A stretch of 64,000 nt of DNA from an uncultured bacterium (GTDB taxonomy: Bacteria; CG03; SLGR01; JAGXOG01), in contig CAYZAK010000001.1 in assembly GCA_964476445.1 (NCBI GenBank), positions 83,271-147,270 of the forward strand. The letters are read 5' to 3'. A program made the translations under genes and the position numbers. The notes under the pieces were generated by a model. It did no database searches and was not told the DNA's origin. It was given only the letters and a program-made list of their open reading frames with translations. Within the stretch, counting starts at the first letter, position 1. Each line of letters starts with the position of its first letter. This document shows, piece by piece, positions 36,870-46,791 of this stretch.

Positions 36870-38742
36870 ACCCCTCTTCTATGAACCGGGAGGGTATATG
36901 CCATCTGGTCTGGCCGTAGAGCATTCTCTGGGAAGCCGAGGTTAAATAGAGCCGTTCTTCGGCCCGGGTTATTCCCACGTAACACAATCTTCTTTCTTCT
37001 TCCATCTGGGCAGGGTCTTCAAGAGCGTCGTAGTGGGGAAAAAGTTCTTCCTCCATGCCGGTTAAAAATACCACCGGGAACTCCAATCCCTTGGCTAAAT
37101 GTACGGTCATAAGGGTTATAAATTCCCGGTCGTAATCCCAGTTGTCCATATTGGTAACCAGAGAAATTTCGTTAAGAATTTCGGGAAGAGATTTTGATTT
37201 ATTATCTTCCTCGGCAAAAGCAGTTACCAGCTCCTCCACGTTTTCAAGCCGGCTCCGGGCCTGAATATCTTTTTTACTCTTCTCTTCCAACATCTTATGA
37301 TAGCCGGAAAGTTCTATTACATCCCTGGTCAGCCGGTCGGGAGATTTTTCCCGGGCTGAAACTTTCAGTTTCTTGAATAATTTTCTCAAGGGTTTTAACT
37401 TTTTTTCAGCCCTTAAAGAAATTTTATCGCTACCTTTCATCACCACTTCAAAAAGAGATTTCGACTCTCCGGCGGCAGCATCTTTAAGACGGCCCAGCGT
37501 TACCTTCCCTATTCCCCGGCGGGGAGTATTTATTATTCTCTCCATGCTTACATCGTCATCGGGGTTTACCAGTACTTTTATATAACCTAAAATATCTTTT
37601 ATCTCCTTCCTCTCGTAAAATTTTACTCCCCCTATAATCCTGTAGTTCAATCTGGCCGAACGGAGGCTGTCTTCAAAAGATCTGGACTGGGCGTTTACCC
37701 GGTAGAAGACGGCTACATCGCTGGGAGAATACCCCTCTTCCCTGATTAACCTTCTTATCTCTTCTATTACCCCCCGGCTCTCTTCGCGGGCTGTAAAAAA
37801 CTCCCTGTACCGAACGCTACGGCCTCCTTCTTTTTTAGTCCACAATTTCTTGCTTTTCCGAGACTCATTATGTTTTATTACATTGTGGGCCACATCCAGT
37901 ATTTTTTGGGTGGAGCGGTAATTTTCTTCCAGTTTAAGGACCCGGGCGTTCTCAAAATGTTTTTCAAATTTAAGTATATTTTCTATATTGGCACCCCGGA
38001 AACTGTATATGCTCTGATCGTCGTCACCCACCACGCATATATTATTCTGGGGGGGAGAAAGCAGCCTGATAAATACATACTGGGCGTAATTGGTATCCTG
38101 GTACTCATCCACCATTATATACTTAAACCGCTGGCGATACTTATTCAGTATTTCCGGATTATTCTTTAAAAGCCTTACCGCCTCCACTAAAAGATCAGCG
38201 AAATCATAGCCCCCGTTGGACTGTAATATTTTTTGATATATTTCGTAAATCCGACTTATTTTATGCCTGGCCCCGTCCCCGGCGGCGGACGCGTTTATAG
38301 CGTAACTTTCCGGGTCCACCAGGTTGTTTTTGGCGTTGGATATTAAACTTCTCAGTTGGGAGGGTGGGAACTTTTTTCGGTCTATATCCAGTCTCTCGAG
38401 GGCTTCTTTTATAACCACGTTCTGATCTTTCTCGTCGTATATGGTAAAATCCTTCTCGCCGTCCTTGCGAAGAATTTTTGTAGCCAGAGAATGAAACGTG
38501 GATATCCATACGCTCATGCCCCGGGCTCCCACCAGTTTCTTTACCCTGCCTCTCATCTCCTCAGCGGCTTTATTGGTAAAGGTGACCGCTAATATTCTAT
38601 AAGGCGGAACCCCTTTTTTCAAAAGACGGGCAATTCTGCGGATTATTACAAGGGTCTTGCCACTGCCCGCTCCGGCAAAAATCAACACCGGTCCTTCAGT
38701 AATACTTACCGCCTGTTTCTGTTTACTGTTCAATTCATTCAT
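36823..38742 (-). CDS. pcrA: ATP-dependent DNA helicase PcrA/UvrD
   Basis: AGAGSGKT, VDEYQDTN, VGDDDQSIYSFRGA, LEENYRST, TVHLAKGLEFP, EEERRLCYVGITRA; no C-terminal Tudor-like domain. Confidence 0.95.
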   Translation of the reverse strand: MNELNSKQKQAVSITEGPVLIFAGAGSGKTLVIIRRIARLLKKGVPPYRILAVTFTNKAAEEMRGRVKKLVGARGMSVWISTFHSLATKILRKDGEKDFTIYDEKDQNVVIKEALERLDIDRKKFPPSQLRSLISNAKNNLVDPESYAINASAAGDGARHKISRIYEIYQKILQSNGGYDFADLLVEAVRLLKNNPEILNKYRQRFKYIMVDEYQDTNYAQYVFIRLLSPPQNNICVVGDDDQSIYSFRGANIENILKFEKHFENARVLKLEENYRSTQKILDVAHNVIKHNESRKSKKLWTKKEGGRSVRYREFFTAREESRGVIEEIRRLIREEGYSPSDVAVFYRVNAQSRSFEDSLRSARLNYRIIGGVKFYERKEIKDILGYIKVLVNPDDDVSMERIINTPRRGIGKVTLGRLKDAAAGESKSLFEVVMKGSDKISLRAEKKLKPLRKLFKKLKVSAREKSPDRLTRDVIELSGYHKMLEEKSKKDIQARSRLENVEELVTAFAEEDNKSKSLPEILNEISLVTNMDNWDYDREFITLMTVHLAKGLEFPVVFLTGMEEELFPHYDALEDPAQMEEERRLCYVGITRAEERLYLTSASQRMLYGQTRWHIPSRFIEEGFEGKTPDSENEYVYD

Positions 38743-38778
38743 ATATATCTTTTCCTTATATTTCTCGTTACCTGTTTA

Positions 38779-39933
38779 TTATAAGTTAAATTCCGCTATC
38801 ACTTCAAGATGTGGGGTATGTACGAACTGGTCTATACCGGTTATATCTGTTAACTCCCAGCCCAGTTTTTCTTTTAAATGGTAGATATCTTCCTCTAAAT
38901 TTTTTAAACTGCAGCATATATAGATAACTTTTTCAGGGCCCCCGGTCTCTTTTTTCAACCTGTTTATATGATTAAACACTCTGTAGCTTATACCCCCCCG
39001 GGGCGGATCAAGTATAACCGTATGGTAAAATTTATCCGCAGAATCCAGAAACTGCCGGGCTTTGCTGTAAATAAACTTCAACTGACCCGGAGGCTGTATC
39101 CGGGCATGATTGTATCGGGCGTCCTCTATGCAGGAGCGAAAATTTTCCACCCCGGTTATCTCCCGGCCTGGACCGGAAATATAAAAAGGTATGCTACCCA
39201 CCCCGGTATAAAGATCCAGTATATTTTTTACGTCACCCACACCTTTTTTTACGGTTTTATATATATTGCTTATCTGGTAGGAGTTGGGTTGAAAAAAAGA
39301 ATAAGGCGATAAACTTATGCTGAAATCCTCGGAAGGGGAAATTTTCATATTTAGATATTTTTTTGAAGTTAATATCTCATAATCGTTCGATACTGCCGTA
39401 TCCCCCCGGCTGTGCCTGTAGGAAATTACCGCAACCGCTGGGCAATTAAAATATTCAACCACTGTTTTTTTAAATTTATCTTTAACCTCATTAAATTTTT
39501 GAAGTTCGGAAGTATTTCCGTCCACTACCAGCATCACCAGCTTCTCTTTGGTAAATTTGCTCTCCTTCACTATAAGATACCTCAACAGCCCCCGGTTTTT
39601 CTCCCGGTTGTAATAAGATAGCCCGTACCCGGCGGCGAATTTACGGATATTCTCTAAAAAATCTCCTATCCATTTTGAAAACACGGGACATTCTTTTAAA
39701 TCTACCACTTTGTTGTACTTTCCTTTAGGATGCAGCCCGAGATTACCTTTTTCAAACGAATACTCCATCTTATTTCTGAAACCGTAAATATTTAAAGAAG
39801 GAACTATCCGGGGATTTGAAACGCTGGTAATATGCTCTAATCTTTCTGTTTTTTTCTCCAGCTGACGGGAGTATTTCACATCCTGAAAACTGCACCCCCC
39901 GCATTCTTTAAAATGTTGGCATTTTGCCCTCAC
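38779..39933 (-). CDS. rlmD: 23S rRNA m5U methyltransferase, RlmD/TrmA family
   Basis: Fe-S motif CQHFKECGGC..CPVF, SFFQPN, DLYTGVG, LDPPRGG, YICCS, DQFVHTPHLE; no TRAM domain. Exact target base not determinable. Confidence 0.85.
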   Translation of the reverse strand: MRAKCQHFKECGGCSFQDVKYSRQLEKKTERLEHITSVSNPRIVPSLNIYGFRNKMEYSFEKGNLGLHPKGKYNKVVDLKECPVFSKWIGDFLENIRKFAAGYGLSYYNREKNRGLLRYLIVKESKFTKEKLVMLVVDGNTSELQKFNEVKDKFKKTVVEYFNCPAVAVISYRHSRGDTAVSNDYEILTSKKYLNMKISPSEDFSISLSPYSFFQPNSYQISNIYKTVKKGVGDVKNILDLYTGVGSIPFYISGPGREITGVENFRSCIEDARYNHARIQPPGQLKFIYSKARQFLDSADKFYHTVILDPPRGGISYRVFNHINRLKKETGGPEKVIYICCSLKNLEEDIYHLKEKLGWELTDITGIDQFVHTPHLEVIAEFNL

Positions 39934-40781
39934 AGTTTAATTACCCCGTCCCCCTCTTTTACTCCGGTGCTCCGGGCCACCACCGGGCACTTGGCCCTTA
40001 AAAGATAAACTATATTTTTAAGGCGGGTATCGGTAAGTATCTCGTAATTGGCCTGCCCCTTGGCTATTATAAAATCTGATTCATCCATTATTTTTTTAAG
40101 CTCCGGCGGAAGGTTTCTATAATCAAGCCCTACTGTATTGGGAGCTTCCACTATTTCAAATTTTCTGTCCAGTCCGAAAAATTCAACATCCTCCGAGGTG
40201 ACATCGTTTATAATGGGTGCGGAGTTGACAAATACAGTTATCTTAAGCCCGGGATTTAATTTTTTTAACTGTTCTAAAAAGATCCCGTCAAAACCTATCT
40301 CCCCGGCATTATCAGCCAAAAAGGTTGTACTATCGGCTCTTAAAATTTTACTTTTAAATTTTTTAATCTTTGAATCATCCAGATTTTTTTTCAACTCCTC
40401 TTTTATTAGGTCTTCCACGTTAAAATCTTCCAGAATACCGTAATCTATTATATTTCCGCAAAGAGCCAGATTTAGGGCTGTCCTGAACTGCGAGGGTGAT
40501 TTTTGAACTATTTTTTCAAGACGGGGTATTAATTTTTTAACTTTCCGGTTTGATGCTCTTTTAAGCTCCCTGAAAGCATCTTTTTGATTGGTCTCTTCAA
40601 TAACAGTTTTAAATACCCCGGTGGCCGTCTCCGGAGGAGTCTTATAAGGGTCAAGATCGCCTATTAGCCGGGCGGCCTGTTTTACCGCCTTTAACTGTAT
40701 CTTAAAATCATCCGTCGATAATTTTGCGGCTTTAACCGCCTGTTTCATAAAACATGTAACGCAATCAATCTCCATATTCAT
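39930..40781 (-). CDS. DUF89/ARMT1-like damage-control phosphatase
   Basis: DCVTC, GNIIDYG, LADNAGEIGFD, PIINDVT, IAKGQANYE, LRAKCPVVA. Confidence 0.92.
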   Translation of the reverse strand: MNMEIDCVTCFMKQAVKAAKLSTDDFKIQLKAVKQAARLIGDLDPYKTPPETATGVFKTVIEETNQKDAFRELKRASNRKVKKLIPRLEKIVQKSPSQFRTALNLALCGNIIDYGILEDFNVEDLIKEELKKNLDDSKIKKFKSKILRADSTTFLADNAGEIGFDGIFLEQLKKLNPGLKITVFVNSAPIINDVTSEDVEFFGLDRKFEIVEAPNTVGLDYRNLPPELKKIMDESDFIIAKGQANYEILTDTRLKNIVYLLRAKCPVVARSTGVKEGDGVIKL

Positions 40782-40821
40782 ATCTTAAAAATTAATCTCC
40801 TTTTCTTATTCTCTTATTCTT

Positions 40822-40986
40822 TTACTGAACCATTTCATCCGGCATAAGAGCAGCTTTATGGTTACCGGGGTCCAGCTCAAGCACTTTTTCAAATTTTTAG
40901 GCCGTTTCCCTCCGTTTCCCCTGATGGTAGTATATATATCCCAGATTAAAAGGGGTGGCAACATATCCGGGATACTGCTTTGGAAT
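40822..40986 (-). pseudogene. TPR gene remnant
   Basis: Translates IPKQYPGYVATPFNLGYIYYHQGKRRETA*KFEKVLELDPGNHKAALMPDEMVQ*; internal TAA at 40899-97, another TAA immediately upstream, no start codon. Confidence 0.7.
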
Positions 40987-41092
40987 TTAACGGTAAGGTA
41001 TATAACCCCCTTTAACTTATACTTTCCAAAATACGCTAAAAAGATAAAGCCTATACCTGATCCAATATCTCTGCCAAAGTTTTTACCATTTT

Positions 41093-41116
41093 AAAACCAG
41101 CCTTCGGTGGCTTTTT
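41093..41116 (-). terminator. Probable intrinsic terminator after degP
   Basis: AAAGCCA-CC-GAA-GG-C-UGGUUUU directly after the degP stop; a U-tract is also present on the opposite strand. Confidence 0.6.
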
Positions 41117-41122
41117 AAAGTA

Positions 41123-42649
41123 TCAGTTTGATTTATAAGTTATATACATAGGTTGACCTCTTCTTAAAATGTCCAGCACTATCCCATCCGAAAGATCTAC
41201 TTTATCAACCGCTTTTTCAAAATTTCCCACAGTTTCTATACTGTCTTTATTTATCTGCCTTATAACATCCCCCACCCGGAGACCTATTTCATATCCCTCT
41301 TTAGAGGGAGCTATCTCACTGACTACCACCCCTCCATTTACATCTATATCAAACTGTTCTCTGGCCATAGGCGTGATCTTAGAAACCGTAATCCCTTTCC
41401 ATTTAGCTGTTATTTCCTCCACGGCTTCAGGCCTTTCAACCTGTTCATCGGGAAGACTGTCGGGCATTTCCCCCAGCTCTACATTGAGAGTTTCCCTGTT
41501 ACCGTCCCTTATTACGGTTAATAAGACGTTTTCTCCAGGGTTCGCCGCACTTACCATATCCTGTAAAGTTCTTACATCCCCTATCGGAGTACCCTCAAAT
41601 TCTACTATTACATCCCCCCGTTTCAGACCATCTTTATATGCCGCGGAATCTTTAAATACCCGATTAATTAAGACCCCCTCTTCGGCTTCCAGATCAAAAT
41701 GTCTCTGAACTACCTCGTCAACTTCTCTTATCTCCACACCCAGCCAACCCCGGACCACTTTACCCTCTTGTATTAAAGCGTCTAAAATATCTTTGGCCCG
41801 GTTTATAGGAGAGGCGAATCCCACTCCGGAGAACACCCCCGTGGGGGCATATATGGCCGTATTTATTCCTATAGCCTGCCCATTCAAATTCACCAGGGGC
41901 CCGCCGGAATTTCCTCGGTTTATGGCCGCGTCAGTCTGAATCATATCCCTGTAAACCGTATTCTGTATAGTTATATCCTGACGGACCGCGCTTATTATCC
42001 CCGCAGTATAGGTCTGCTGGAGTCCAAAAGGACTACCGGCCGCTATAACCCAATCACCTATGTTCATATCGGCGGAATCCCCCATCTCCAGCACATCAAA
42101 ATTGCGGGAAGATTTCATCTTAACTACCGCCAGATCGGTCCGGGGATCCGTCCCCACCACTTCGGCATCATACTGTTCTTCATCGTAGGTGGTAACTTTT
42201 ATCTCTTCGGCGTCCTCTACAACGTGGGCGTTGGTAAGAACATACCCGTCAGGGGTAACTATAAACCCAGAACCCGTCCCCTCCTGACGATGTTCTCTCC
42301 GGCTATCTGGCTCTCTTCTTCCAGGGGGCTGACCAAAAAATTTTTCAAAAAAATCTTCAAATGGCTCTCCGAACCTGAACTCTCCAAATGGAGACCGTAC
42401 CTCAAAAACATGAACCGCGGAAACATTTACTACCGCCGGCTTTATCTTTTCAACGGTATCCGCAAAAGACTGCTTGGGTATATAATTACGGGAGGGTGGT
42501 TCATTTACAGAATTATCTATAACCGGTTCACTCTTGGGCTCTTCAGTTGAAACTTCTTCACTGTTGTCCTGATAAAAATCTGAATAATATCCTAAAGTTA
42601 TACCTCCAATTAAAATCACCATCAGGATAAAAAAGCTTTTTTTATTCAT
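41123..42649 (-). CDS. degP: HtrA/DegP (Do family) serine endoprotease with two PDZ domains
   Basis: TNAHVV, DLAVVK, IQTDAAINRGNSGGPL, VVRGWLGV, two PDZ domains, N-terminal membrane/signal segment. Confidence 0.94.
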   Translation of the reverse strand: MNKKSFFILMVILIGGITLGYYSDFYQDNSEEVSTEEPKSEPVIDNSVNEPPSRNYIPKQSFADTVEKIKPAVVNVSAVHVFEVRSPFGEFRFGEPFEDFFEKFFGQPPGRREPDSRREHRQEGTGSGFIVTPDGYVLTNAHVVEDAEEIKVTTYDEEQYDAEVVGTDPRTDLAVVKMKSSRNFDVLEMGDSADMNIGDWVIAAGSPFGLQQTYTAGIISAVRQDITIQNTVYRDMIQTDAAINRGNSGGPLVNLNGQAIGINTAIYAPTGVFSGVGFASPINRAKDILDALIQEGKVVRGWLGVEIREVDEVVQRHFDLEAEEGVLINRVFKDSAAYKDGLKRGDVIVEFEGTPIGDVRTLQDMVSAANPGENVLLTVIRDGNRETLNVELGEMPDSLPDEQVERPEAVEEITAKWKGITVSKITPMAREQFDIDVNGGVVVSEIAPSKEGYEIGLRVGDVIRQINKDSIETVGNFEKAVDKVDLSDGIVLDILRRGQPMYITYKSN

Positions 42650-42694
42650 AATATTTCTCCATTTTTTTTCTTTTAACCTATAGTTAAATAATCC

Positions 42695-45295
42695 TTATTC
42701 TTTTATCTTTAGAGCCGGAATTTCAATAGCTCCTCCACGACGATTGCCCCCTAAAATCTCTCTTTGAGAATATCCGGAGGGTAAGATAACATCTAAAATA
42801 TTAGTGTCCGACTCTTCCCGGCGGCCGGTTATGGTAACCGTGGACTTAGTATCTTCATAATCGACCCGTTGAATCTTACCATCTGCCCCGTTAGCAGCCA
42901 TTAAAACAGGAATCACATGAAAATTTTCTAAAGAGGCGGGGACAAGTTCATCCGGGATAAAAATATTTATTTTATTTTCAAACGGACTCACGCTAACTTC
43001 CGGCTCGCCTATTTTATTAAACGACGTATTGTAAATAGACTTATGGTAGCCACTGACCGATATACAGTACTCCCAGGCGTCCTGCGAAGTCGTATAGGCA
43101 TTACGATCCGGCAAAAGCTGCGTTCTTCCCGACCCCGGTATATTATTTATATCTATATATAAATCTACCACCGGATAACTGAATCCATAGGGAGCTTTAT
43201 CCGGATTGTCCAGGGCGCCAAGCTCTACTCTTATAACTTTCTCATCTTCCCGGTTTTCAAACTGGATACCTCTAAAATCTAAATTTGCGGTTTTATCTTC
43301 TAATTTTTGGGGATATCTATAATTACCCGGTCCATAATTATCTCCTGCCGGATCGACAAACGAAGCCATAATATCACTATCCCCGAATTCGGGAGCCGTT
43401 TTGATATAGTAGCTTTTTTGGGGAAAAATTTGTTCATTATTAAAAAATTTAAAAAATATTCTCTCATTTGATTTCACCCCTAAATATCTAAAAGGCACTG
43501 AGAACTCAACATAATTATCTTTAAATTCCACATCGTAATATCTGGTTAAATGCTCCCATCTGTCAATTCCTCCGGCCCGATAAATATTAACTGACCCTGG
43601 CCGGTCCCGGCGCCATAACACTTCTATACATATCGGGAAATCTTGTATATTATCTAAAGTTATCTCTTTTTCACTACGGGCAACCAGCGCCGGAGATCCA
43701 GACCCTATAGTTCCCATAAAAACTCCAAGTTCCTTAACCGTACCGGTATCTATTTTAAACATATAATATATATTTTCCTCATCCATACCGGTATATATTT
43801 TTTCTACACCATTTACGGGACGGTCTAATTTAAAGGCTCCCGCCCATTCTTTTTTCTCTACCTCTCCGTTTATATTGACATCTACCATACTGGACATTTC
43901 TTTATCGGGTAAGGAGGGGTCTTTTTCAATAACCGGTAAAAAATAATTTCCCGGAGGAGACTGACCTATTTTACGGTAAATATTAAGTAAAGTATTTCTA
44001 AAAAAACGATCATATCTATTTTTATCAAGAGAATCATGAAGTAACCCTGACTCGATTTTTAATAATTTATTCTGAATTTTCCTAACTATATCCATCCTTC
44101 CCCGACCAGAATTTTGATAAATGTCTATAATTTGATAGGTATCCTCTAAAATTCTTTTTACATTTCCCAATCTACCCTCTAAATCAACTTTAACAGGAGT
44201 ATATACGGATGTGCTTAATCGAACTTCTTTTCCAGCTGAATATTCTATAGTATTTTTAACATCTTCAAAACTTATAAAATTTAAAAGATCGGATTTTACA
44301 AAATACTCCAGCTGATCGAAACTAACAATAATTGATAACGGCGAAACTTCCCGGGGTAATCTCCCAGCTACTTTAATAACCGAAGTAGAGCTGTTGTTAT
44401 TGTAAAAATAACTATCAGTAAAAATAACCTGGGGGGCAGTATTTAGATACTCCACCGGCGAGGTTGAAAGAACCGTAATCCATTTAACCGGTGTCGGCTT
44501 AATTAAATCGATGCTCGATTCATCAAGAAAACCTTGCCTGGGAATAAAACCGGAAGGAAAAGTATCTCTCCATCTGTTATAACTTATTAAACTTTCCATG
44601 AGGTGAGCCCGGCGGCGGCGGGGATTGAGAACGTTAAGATAAGAATCGCTTAATGAGGTTGTGGCTTCTTCAACATTATCTTTATTTAGTATTTCAAACA
44701 GTTCCTGTTCAAAATTCAATAATTTTTTTTCCATAAAATTTAAAACTGTATTTTTATCAGTGACCGTGGGCGAACTTTTTTTAACTATATCTTTCAGGGG
44801 TTCCTGCTCTAATAAAAATTGGTCAAAATAGTTTAAAACTTCTTCAACCTGATAACTGATTATAGTGCCGGTATTTAAATCAAGTCTGTATTCTCCGGTT
44901 AACTGTTCAATTTGGGATTCAGATAGTTTTTCAGGCGAAATAATTAAATGCTCTCCTATTTCTAACTGATCCTGCTTTAATCTTTTAATCTGTTCAATTA
45001 CAGGCACTGAAATATTAATACTTATATAAAAGTTACTGTCATCTTTTTGTAAAATATGTAATGGTTTCTGCCAGTCTCCGAGAACTTTTCTATAAAATTC
45101 ATCTTGATCTCCGGTATCCATATACTCTAGACTAGCCGTTAAAAAAACATCTTTCTCAGTTATTTCTTCGGTGATCTCCCACACTTTTTCTTCAAACTCT
45201 ATTTTTTCGTGCGGCACAACCGTTACCCTGGGCCCGGCGCAGCCTGATACAAAAATAAATATAATAAAAATAATTGTTCTTTTAATAAATTTCAT
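42695..45295 (-). CDS. Lipoprotein: degenerate GH57 amylopullulanase-like body plus DOMON-like/glucodextranase C-terminal domain
   Basis: Lipobox FVSG-C. C-terminal DPAGDNYGPGNYRYP..LDNPDKAPYGFSYPVVDLYID. YDRFFRNTLLNIYRKIGQSPP resembles the GH57 C-terminal helices. Confidence 0.7.
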   Translation of the reverse strand: MKFIKRTIIFIIFIFVSGCAGPRVTVVPHEKIEFEEKVWEITEEITEKDVFLTASLEYMDTGDQDEFYRKVLGDWQKPLHILQKDDSNFYISINISVPVIEQIKRLKQDQLEIGEHLIISPEKLSESQIEQLTGEYRLDLNTGTIISYQVEEVLNYFDQFLLEQEPLKDIVKKSSPTVTDKNTVLNFMEKKLLNFEQELFEILNKDNVEEATTSLSDSYLNVLNPRRRRAHLMESLISYNRWRDTFPSGFIPRQGFLDESSIDLIKPTPVKWITVLSTSPVEYLNTAPQVIFTDSYFYNNNSSTSVIKVAGRLPREVSPLSIIVSFDQLEYFVKSDLLNFISFEDVKNTIEYSAGKEVRLSTSVYTPVKVDLEGRLGNVKRILEDTYQIIDIYQNSGRGRMDIVRKIQNKLLKIESGLLHDSLDKNRYDRFFRNTLLNIYRKIGQSPPGNYFLPVIEKDPSLPDKEMSSMVDVNINGEVEKKEWAGAFKLDRPVNGVEKIYTGMDEENIYYMFKIDTGTVKELGVFMGTIGSGSPALVARSEKEITLDNIQDFPICIEVLWRRDRPGSVNIYRAGGIDRWEHLTRYYDVEFKDNYVEFSVPFRYLGVKSNERIFFKFFNNEQIFPQKSYYIKTAPEFGDSDIMASFVDPAGDNYGPGNYRYPQKLEDKTANLDFRGIQFENREDEKVIRVELGALDNPDKAPYGFSYPVVDLYIDINNIPGSGRTQLLPDRNAYTTSQDAWEYCISVSGYHKSIYNTSFNKIGEPEVSVSPFENKINIFIPDELVPASLENFHVIPVLMAANGADGKIQRVDYEDTKSTVTITGRREESDTNILDVILPSGYSQREILGGNRRGGAIEIPALKIKE

Positions 45296-45692
45296 GATCC
45301 CCTTGTTTTGTAAGTTTTATATTAAATATTTTTTTTTGACCCGGATTAATATTTATAATTTTTTGCTCCTTTATATATCCGGGTTCCACCAAAGTAAGTA
45401 AATACTGTTTTTTTCTTTCCACGGAGACAATAGTGAACTCTCCCGGGGTTCTTCCTTTTAAATAACCATCTATAAAAACTTTTACTCCGGAAGGTTTTGA
45501 ATTTACTTTAATCCGCCCCGGTTTAGACTCTTTATCGGAAATTTCAGAAGTTGCAATTGTTTCCTCATTCTTGTTAATAGTTTTAAAGCCCGGGATATAA
45601 TCCCTGTTTACATAATTATACAAATTTATTCCCGCAGCGGAAAAGCCTAAAAAATTTATTATAAATATTATTATAAGAGAAAGTTTTTTCAT
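45282..45692 (-). CDS. Exported PEGA-domain protein
   Basis: Signal peptide; GRIKVNSKPSGVKVFIDG..GRTP...L.EPGY. Confidence 0.88.
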   Translation of the reverse strand: MKKLSLIIIFIINFLGFSAAGINLYNYVNRDYIPGFKTINKNEETIATSEISDKESKPGRIKVNSKPSGVKVFIDGYLKGRTPGEFTIVSVERKKQYLLTLVEPGYIKEQKIININPGQKKIFNIKLTKQGDHEIY

Positions 45693-45694
45693 TT

Positions 45695-46165
45695 TTACAG
45701 GTCTTCTATATCTTCCTGATCTACACTTAAAGATTGTAATTTATTTTTTAGGTTTTTCATATCTTTTTTCATATTGGTTAGTTCTGTTAAACTTTTATTT
45801 AATTTTTTCAGCTGTAAATGCTCCCGCTTTACCAGAGAAAATATTTTTTTAGTACCCGCTTTTACAGTTTTCATATCTTTGTTTTCTATTTGCACATTTC
45901 CGGACTTTTCCAGTCTGTCTATCTGTTTTTCCAATTCTTTTAATTTATCCAGGACTCCCCAGAGCTGATCTTCAATTTTTTCGTTTTTTTGATCTGCCGT
46001 CTTAAGAGAATTACTGATTTTTTTAAAATTTATAGTTCCAGAATATTTTCTTCTGGTTTTTAATATATTCCATACCATAGTCCATAAGGCAAAGTTTAAA
46101 ATTGCAAATATTATGGCTAACGCTGTAAAAATTACGGTTGGATTAAGCTGTTCAATATAATCCAT
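45695..46165 (-). CDS. Hypothetical protein, N-terminal TM helix plus coiled coil
   Basis: VIFTALAIIFAILNFALW followed by heptad-rich charged sequence. Confidence 0.75.
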   Translation of the reverse strand: MDYIEQLNPTVIFTALAIIFAILNFALWTMVWNILKTRRKYSGTINFKKISNSLKTADQKNEKIEDQLWGVLDKLKELEKQIDRLEKSGNVQIENKDMKTVKAGTKKIFSLVKREHLQLKKLNKSLTELTNMKKDMKNLKNKLQSLSVDQEDIEDL

Positions 46166-46219
46166 TAAATTTACTCCTTATTTATTATTTTTTTATGTTA
46201 TTTTATTTAATCTTATTTT

Positions 46220-46783
46220 TCAAATACCGGCGGTGAATATTTTCTTCTTAAATAGTATTTTTGAAGAAAACTCCAACGTTGAAACTATACCTGCGGCACC
46301 GGCAATTGTATCTGAAACTGAAAATACTCCGTGGTCTTTTATTATTACCGCTTTTACATTTTTAAGAATACCCGGAATAACACCGGCCACCTCTTTTGAA
46401 CCTATGCTTTTATCAACCTCCACTACCGGTACCTCGGGTATATATAGTTTACCTTCCGCATCAATCGGTTTTACAATCTCTACCTTTTCAGCTACTACCA
46501 GAGTGTTGGGAGGATGGGTATGGATAATGGCCCTGTAGCCGGTATTGTTATAAATTTCTTGGTGGACTTTGTACTCCACAGAAGCCTTTTTTGGCCTGTC
46601 TCTTCCGGTTCTGCTGTGCACTATGTCGCTTTTTTTTAAATCCCCCAGCATACTCCCGGATGCTGTAATATACATATCTTTCTTTATCTTTCGGCTCATA
46701 TTTCCGGCGGTAAGAGATATCACGCCCTGTTTAAACAGCATTTTTCCGGTTCTGATAAATTCTTTGTAAATTTTTGTTTTCAT
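46220..46783 (-). CDS. Class II aldolase/adducin family protein (FucA-like)
   Basis: GNMS, TASGS, ASVEYKVHQEIY, IHTHP, DHGVF. Confidence 0.9.
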   Translation of the reverse strand: MKTKIYKEFIRTGKMLFKQGVISLTAGNMSRKIKKDMYITASGSMLGDLKKSDIVHSRTGRDRPKKASVEYKVHQEIYNNTGYRAIIHTHPPNTLVVAEKVEIVKPIDAEGKLYIPEVPVVEVDKSIGSKEVAGVIPGILKNVKAVIIKDHGVFSVSDTIAGAAGIVSTLEFSSKILFKKKIFTAGI

Positions 46784-46791
46784 ACAGTTAA

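Noticed and set aside
40858-41094. 78-aa plus-strand ORF
   Set aside because: Antisense to the TPR remnant; no RBS or motif.
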